A DNA stretch of 22,383 nucleotides, from IMG/VR virus record IMGVR_UViG_2602041568_000007; one strand, 5' to 3'. A model generated the notes under the pieces. It was not told the origin of the DNA. It saw only the letters and a list, made by a program, of their open reading frames with translations, and made no database searches. The stretch is from a virus. Taxonomy: Duplodnaviria; Heunggongvirae; Uroviricota; Caudoviricetes. Made by a program: the position numbers and the translations under genes. How positions within the stretch are numbered: position 1 is the first letter of the stretch; each line of letters begins with the position of its first letter. Positions 17,859 through 22,383 of the stretch are shown here, piece after piece.

Positions 17859-18934
17859 ACGACAATGTCACGCTACGGGTAAATGGCCGGGAGTGGAATG
17901 GCTGGACATCGGTGCGCATCGGTGCCGGTATTGAACGGCTGGCGCGGGATTTCAGTGTGGAGATCACCCGCCAGTGGCCGGGAGATGAGGGTATTACCAC
18001 GCTTCAGCCGCGCATTAAAAACGGTTCAAAAGTGGAGGTGCTGATTGGTGATGAGCTGGTGATCACCGGCTGGGTGGAGGCGACGCCCGTTCGTTACGAT
18101 GCCCGTTCGGTCAGCACCGGTATTGCCGGACGCAGTCTGACCGCTGACCTGATTGACTGTGCAGCCGAACCTACACAGTTTAACGGACGATCGCTGGTAC
18201 AGATTGCGCAGGCGCTTGCTGCGCCTTTCGGCATTGAGGTGGTGAACAACGGTGCGCCGTCGGGTGTTATTCCTGACGTCCAGCCTGATCACGGCGAAAC
18301 GGTGATTGAGGTGATCAACAAAATACTCGGTCAGCAGCAGGCACTGGCTTACGACGACCCGCACGGCAGGCTGGTGATTAGCGGTATTAGCTCAACGCGG
18401 GCACATACTGCGCTGGTACTCGGGGAAAACATCCTTTCCTGCGATACGGAGAAGAGTATCCGGGAGCGGTTTTCTGTTTACCAGGTGGCGGGGCAGCGTG
18501 CCGGAAACGACGATGATTTCGGTGAGGCCACCACCACCGCGCTGCGGGCCCGCACAGAGGACGCATTTATTGCCCGTTACCGTCCGATGTATATCAGGCA
18601 GACAGGGCAGGCCACGGGGGCAGGCTGTATTGCGCGTGCTGACTTTGAAGCCCGACAACGGGCGGCGCGGACGGATGAAACCACCTATGTGGTGCAGGGC
18701 TGGCGACAGGGTAACGGTACGCTGTGGCAGCCCAACCAGCGGGTGATTGTCTTCGATCCGGTCTGTGGTTTCGACAATACCGAACTGCTTGTCTCGGAAG
18801 TCACGTTTACTCAGGACCAGAACGGCACCCTGACGGAAATCCGTGTCGGCCCACCTGATGCTTATCTGCCTGAACCCGAAGCCCCCGGCGCGCGGAAAAA
18901 GAAAAAAGCCAGAGTACAGGAGGACCCGTTCTGA
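17855..18934 (+). CDS. Baseplate hub / tail protein (Mu gpP-like)
   Basis: 359 aa; ATGA coupling to gpN; gene order matches Mu N-P-V-gp46-J. Confidence 0.75.
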   Translation: MNDNVTLRVNGREWNGWTSVRIGAGIERLARDFSVEITRQWPGDEGITTLQPRIKNGSKVEVLIGDELVITGWVEATPVRYDARSVSTGIAGRSLTADLIDCAAEPTQFNGRSLVQIAQALAAPFGIEVVNNGAPSGVIPDVQPDHGETVIEVINKILGQQQALAYDDPHGRLVISGISSTRAHTALVLGENILSCDTEKSIRERFSVYQVAGQRAGNDDDFGEATTTALRARTEDAFIARYRPMYIRQTGQATGAGCIARADFEARQRAARTDETTYVVQGWRQGNGTLWQPNQRVIVFDPVCGFDNTELLVSEVTFTQDQNGTLTEIRVGPPDAYLPEPEAPGARKKKKARVQEDPF

Positions 18935-19482
18935 TGAGGACGATTGAAGCCATGCAGCGACAACTCCTCGGCCTGATTGGGCGGGCAGTGGTGAAAAGCA
19001 TCAGTGCCGCCACGAAATGTCAGACCGTGGATGTGTCCCTGATTGCCGGTGAACCCAAAGCCGGGGTTGAACATCTTGAACCCTACGGTTTTACCGCAAG
19101 GGCAAACAGCGGTGCGGAAGCGGTGGTGTTGTTTCCGGATGGCGACCGTTCTCATGCGGTGGTTGTTACGGTGTCGGACCGGCGCTACCGCCTGAAAGGG
19201 CTGCAGACGGGTGAGGTGGCTGTCTATGACGATCAGGGGCAGTCCGTGACGCTGACCCGGGAGGGGATCGTGGTGGACGGTGCTGGTAAAACGATCACGT
19301 TTCGCAATTCACCTAAAGCACGTTTTGAAATGGACCTGGAAGTGACAGGACAGGTGAAAGACCTGTGCGACTCCGGCGGCACCACCATGTCAGCGATGCG
19401 GCTTGCCTATAACGGGCATCGTCACAGAGAGAACGGTCAGGGCAGTAACACCGACAAACCTGATAAAGCGATGGAGGCATGA
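18934..19482 (+). CDS. Baseplate assembly protein V (spike, Mu gp45-like)
   Basis: 182 aa; gene order; size consistent with gpV-type spike proteins. Confidence 0.7.
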   Translation: MRTIEAMQRQLLGLIGRAVVKSISAATKCQTVDVSLIAGEPKAGVEHLEPYGFTARANSGAEAVVLFPDGDRSHAVVVTVSDRRYRLKGLQTGEVAVYDDQGQSVTLTREGIVVDGAGKTITFRNSPKARFEMDLEVTGQVKDLCDSGGTTMSAMRLAYNGHRHRENGQGSNTDKPDKAMEA

Positions 19483-19907
19483 TGGAACTGTGGCTGACGG
19501 TGAACGGTAAACGCACCTGCGCCAGCGCACCGCTGGATCCGCTGACCCGCGCCGTGGTGATTTCCCTGTTTACCTGGCGGCGGGCGGAGCCTGATGACAA
19601 TGCCGACGTCCCGATGGGATGGTGGGGGGATACCTGGCCTGCGGTACAGAATGACCGTTACGGCTCCCGACTGTGGCTGCTTCAGCGCAGCAAACTGACC
19701 AATCAGCTGGTGCAGACGGTAAGGGGGTATATCCGCGAATGCCTGCAATGGATGATTGATGACGGCGTGGTGTCCCGTATTGATCTGGATATCCGCCGCA
19801 CCGGGATTAATGAACTGGGTAACAGTATCACTCTCTGGCGTCGTGACGGACCGGTAATGATTTCTTTTGATGATCTGTGGAGTGCGATAACGCATGGCGG
19901 ACAGTGA
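19479..19907 (+). CDS. Mu gp46-like baseplate protein
   Basis: 142 aa; ATGA overlap with the V gene; position before the J-like gene. Confidence 0.7.
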   Translation: MMELWLTVNGKRTCASAPLDPLTRAVVISLFTWRRAEPDDNADVPMGWWGDTWPAVQNDRYGSRLWLLQRSKLTNQLVQTVRGYIRECLQWMIDDGVVSRIDLDIRRTGINELGNSITLWRRDGPVMISFDDLWSAITHGGQ

Positions 19908-20952
19908 ATTTCAGCGCCCGACGCTGGCAGAAAATATCAGTATGCTCCGTAACGATTTATTCGCCAGGCTGGACGTCAGCGACACGCTCCGGCGCATGGA
20001 TGAAGACGTGCGGGCAAAGGTGTATGCGGCGGCGCTGCATACGGTTTACGGTTACATCGATTATCTGGCAATGAACATGCTGCCTGACCTGTGCGATGAG
20101 TCCTGGCTGGCGCGACATGCTGCGATGAAACGGTGTCCGCGCAAGGGGGCCACGGCTGCCAGCGGGTATATGCGCTGGGAAGGTGTCAGCGATGGCCTGA
20201 AGGTGACCGCCGGGAGTGTTATTCAGCGCGATGACCTGGTTCAGTACACGGCAACTGCCGATGCAACCAGCTCCGGTGGTGTCCTGCGCGTGCCGATCGC
20301 CTGCTCAAGTGCAGGTGCGGTCGGTAACGCTGACGACGGTACGGCATTAATCCTGGTCACGCCGGTGAATGGTCTGCCGTCTTCCGGTGTGGCTGACACC
20401 CTGACTGGCGGATTTGATACTGAAGAGCTGGAAACGTGGCGCGCCCGCGTCATTGAGCGGTATTACTGGACGCCGCAGGGCGGGGCTGACGGGGACTATG
20501 TCGTCTGGGCTAAAGAAGTGCCCGGCATTACCCGCGCATGGACATACCGTCACTGGATGGGAACGGGAACTGTCGGTGTGATGATTGCCAGCAGTGACCT
20601 GATTAATCCCATTCCGGAAGAATCAACGGAAACGGCAGCAAGACAACATATCGTGCCACTGGCCCCGGTGGCAGGCTCTGATTTGTATGTATTCAGGCCG
20701 GTGGCACATACGGTGGATTTTCATATCCGCGTGACGCCGGACACACCAGAAATACGGGCTGCCATTACCGCAGAGTTGCGTTCATTCCTGCTGCGTGATG
20801 GTTATCCGCAGGGAGAGCTGAAGGTATCGCGTATCAGTGAAGCGATTTCCGGTGCGAACGGGGAATACAGCCATCAGTTGCTTGCTCCGGCGGACAATAT
20901 CTCCATTGCAAAAAATGAACTGGCGGTTCTGGGGACGATTTCATGGACGTGA
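19894..20952 (+). CDS. Baseplate J-like protein (Mu gp47-like)
   Basis: 352 aa; gene order and size typical of baseplate J family. Confidence 0.8.
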   Translation: MADSEFQRPTLAENISMLRNDLFARLDVSDTLRRMDEDVRAKVYAAALHTVYGYIDYLAMNMLPDLCDESWLARHAAMKRCPRKGATAASGYMRWEGVSDGLKVTAGSVIQRDDLVQYTATADATSSGGVLRVPIACSSAGAVGNADDGTALILVTPVNGLPSSGVADTLTGGFDTEELETWRARVIERYYWTPQGGADGDYVVWAKEVPGITRAWTYRHWMGTGTVGVMIASSDLINPIPEESTETAARQHIVPLAPVAGSDLYVFRPVAHTVDFHIRVTPDTPEIRAAITAELRSFLLRDGYPQGELKVSRISEAISGANGEYSHQLLAPADNISIAKNELAVLGTISWT

Positions 20953-21527
20953 CAAACGATGATTACATCCGTCTGTTGTCGGCACTGCTGCCGCCCGGTC
21001 CGGCGTGGTCAGCCAGCGATCCGGCGATTGCCGGTGCGGCACCGTCATTAACCCGTGTTCATCAGCGTGCGGATGCCCTGATGCGGGAGCTGGATCCGCG
21101 CACCACCACCGAACTGATAAATCGCTGGGAGCGTCTGTGCGGCCTGCCGGATGAATGTATTCCCGCAGGGACACAGACCCTTCGCCAGCGTCAGCAACGG
21201 CTGGATGCGAAGGTTAACCTGGCGGGTGGCATCAACGAGGATTTTTATCTTGCACAGCTTGCTGCTCTGGGCAGACCAGACGCCACCATCACGCGATACG
21301 ATAAAAGCACTTTCACCTGCTCATCGGCCTGTACTGACGCGGTGAATGCGCCGGAATGGCGGTATTACTGGCAGGTCAACATGCCAGCCGCCGCCAACAC
21401 CACCTGGATGACATGTGGCGATCCCTGTGATTCCGCACTGCGTATCTGGGGTGACACCGTTGTCGAGTGTGTGCTTAACAAACTCTGCCCGTCGCATACC
21501 TACGTAATTTTTAAATATCCGGAGTAA
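20943..21527 (+). CDS. Tail protein, DUF2313 / Mu gp48-like (YmfQ-like)
   Basis: 194 aa; N-terminus ([18 protein letters not shown]) resembles DUF2313 proteins as recalled; directly precedes the tail fiber gene. Confidence 0.75.
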   Translation: MDVTNDDYIRLLSALLPPGPAWSASDPAIAGAAPSLTRVHQRADALMRELDPRTTTELINRWERLCGLPDECIPAGTQTLRQRQQRLDAKVNLAGGINEDFYLAQLAALGRPDATITRYDKSTFTCSSACTDAVNAPEWRYYWQVNMPAAANTTWMTCGDPCDSALRIWGDTVVECVLNKLCPSHTYVIFKYPE

Positions 21528-21530
21528 TCC

Positions 21531-21824
21531 ATGCATCGTATAGACACGAAAACCGCGCAGAAGGATAAGTTCGGCGCGGGTAAGAACGGTTTTACCCGTG
21601 GTAACCCCCAGACCGGCACGCCTGCCACCGATCTGGATGATGACTACTTTGACATGTTGCAGGAGGAGCTTTGCAGCGTTGTGGAGGCGTCCGGTGCCAG
21701 CCTGGAGAAGGGGCGAAACGACCAGTTGCTTACCGCGCTTCGTGCTCTGCTGTTAAGCCGCAAGAATCCGTTTGGCGATATCAAATCGGATGGCACGGTG
21801 AAAACGGCTCTCGAAAACCTTGGT
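21531..21824 (+). CDS. Tail fiber protein, conserved N-terminal domain (interrupted by assembly gap)
   Basis: 98 aa before the N run ([47 protein letters not shown]...), recalled as the conserved N-terminus of enterobacterial prophage side tail fibers. Confidence 0.7.
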
Positions 21825-21898
21825 NNNNNNNNNNNNNNNNNNNNNNNNNNNNNNNNNNNNNNNNNNNNNNNNNNNNNNNNNNNNNNNNNNNNNNNNNN
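21825..21898. other. Assembly gap (74 N)
   Basis: Run of N characters read directly from the sequence; its length is probably arbitrary, since the flanking tail-fiber segments are in different frames. Confidence 1.
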
Positions 21899-22188
21899 AT
21901 GACGGGCGCGGAGTGGACAGTAGCCGGACGTTGTTGTCGTGGCAAAAAGGCTCTTATCTGGTTCAGGAAGCCAATATATCACCCGACAGCGTGGTGCAGT
22001 TTTCGGTAAACGACATTGGCCTGCTGGGATGGGATAAAACTGAAACCAATTCAGATATTCTCAGAGCGAAAAGTATACCTACAGGACATATCTGGAACCC
22101 CGTTCCAGTGGGAGCCTGGGGGATTCAGTATCTGGGTTATGCAAGGCCACGTAACATTGCATTTAACTACATCGTAAGGGCTGCATGA
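21899..22188 (+). CDS. Tail fiber protein, C-terminal (distal) fragment after gap
   Basis: Open frame from the gap edge to the stop at 22186-22188 (about 95 aa); stop overlaps the start of a tail-fiber-assembly-like gene. Confidence 0.55.
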
Positions 22189-22383
22189 TGAGCAAGAAAA
22201 CCATGACTACAGCGGTGCTGAATGAATCGCGGCTGGCAACAGTTGCAGGAGAGGTTGTTGTCCACAGCTACGATAATAAGACGCGGGAATACCTTTGCAC
22301 GTCAACCGAATATCTGGCTGTGGGCGTTGGCCTTCCTGCACATTCATGCACTGATGCCCCCGGGGAAAGGCGGGCTGGTTATG
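22185..22383 (+). CDS. Tail fiber assembly protein (Tfa/Mu U-like), 3' end outside window
   Basis: Hand-translated MMSKKTMTTAVLNESRLATVAGEVVVHSYDNKTREYLCTSTEYLAVGVGLPAHSCTDAPGE; matches the conserved Tfa N-terminal pattern (Y-D..T.EY.....LP..STD.AP). Runs off the window end, so absent from the ORF track. Confidence 0.7.
   Translation, partial: MMSKKTMTTAVLNESRLATVAGEVVVHSYDNKTREYLCTSTEYLAVGVGLPAHSCTDAPGERRAGY

Noticed and set aside
21825-21898. N run as a biological feature
   Set aside because: It is an assembly gap placeholder; only its location at the tail-fiber junction is informative.
195-21982. All reverse-strand ORFs in the track (for example 11501..12106, 9351..9788, 15053..15478, 7237..7752, 1888..2430, 19437..19895)
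   Set aside because: Each lies entirely inside a + strand gene with a clear phage functional assignment and operon context. They look like shadow ORFs of GC-rich coding sequence; none has its own RBS/terminator context that I could see.
1-22383. CRISPR arrays, rRNA genes, integrase or attachment sites
   Set aside because: No regularly spaced direct repeats, no rRNA-like sequence, and no integrase or recombinase gene in this window; the prophage ends lie outside it.

Overview
This window is an internal segment of a mosaic enterobacterial prophage, with every credible gene on the + strand in late-operon order. (1) Lambdoid late control: a 5'-truncated DUF968-like gene, a Q-type antiterminator, and a candidate PR' promoter and tR' terminator. 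(2) A terminator-flanked cargo island: a small FaeA/PapI-like protein and a DPPY-motif DNA amino-methyltransferase. (3) A lambda-type lysis cassette: S-like holin, an endolysin that closely matches lambda R as I recall it, and an overlapped Rz/Rz1 spanin pair. (4) An HK97-type packaging and head module: HNH, P27-family TerS, TerL, portal, prohead protease, major capsid, connectors. (5) A Mu-like contractile tail module: sheath, tube, chaperone with a -1 frameshift, tape measure, gpN, gpP, V, gp46, J-like, DUF2313, tail fiber, tail fiber assembly. A 74-nt N run interrupts the tail fiber gene. No rRNA, tRNA or CRISPR was seen. I do not see an unambiguous novel system. The best candidates for unexplained biology are the FaeA-like/methyltransferase moron, two small ORFs missing from the ORF track, and the gap at the tail-fiber constant/variable junction. 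Family assignments are from motif recall, not database searches. Hand-derived coordinates (not taken from the ORF track) may be off by 1-2 nt.
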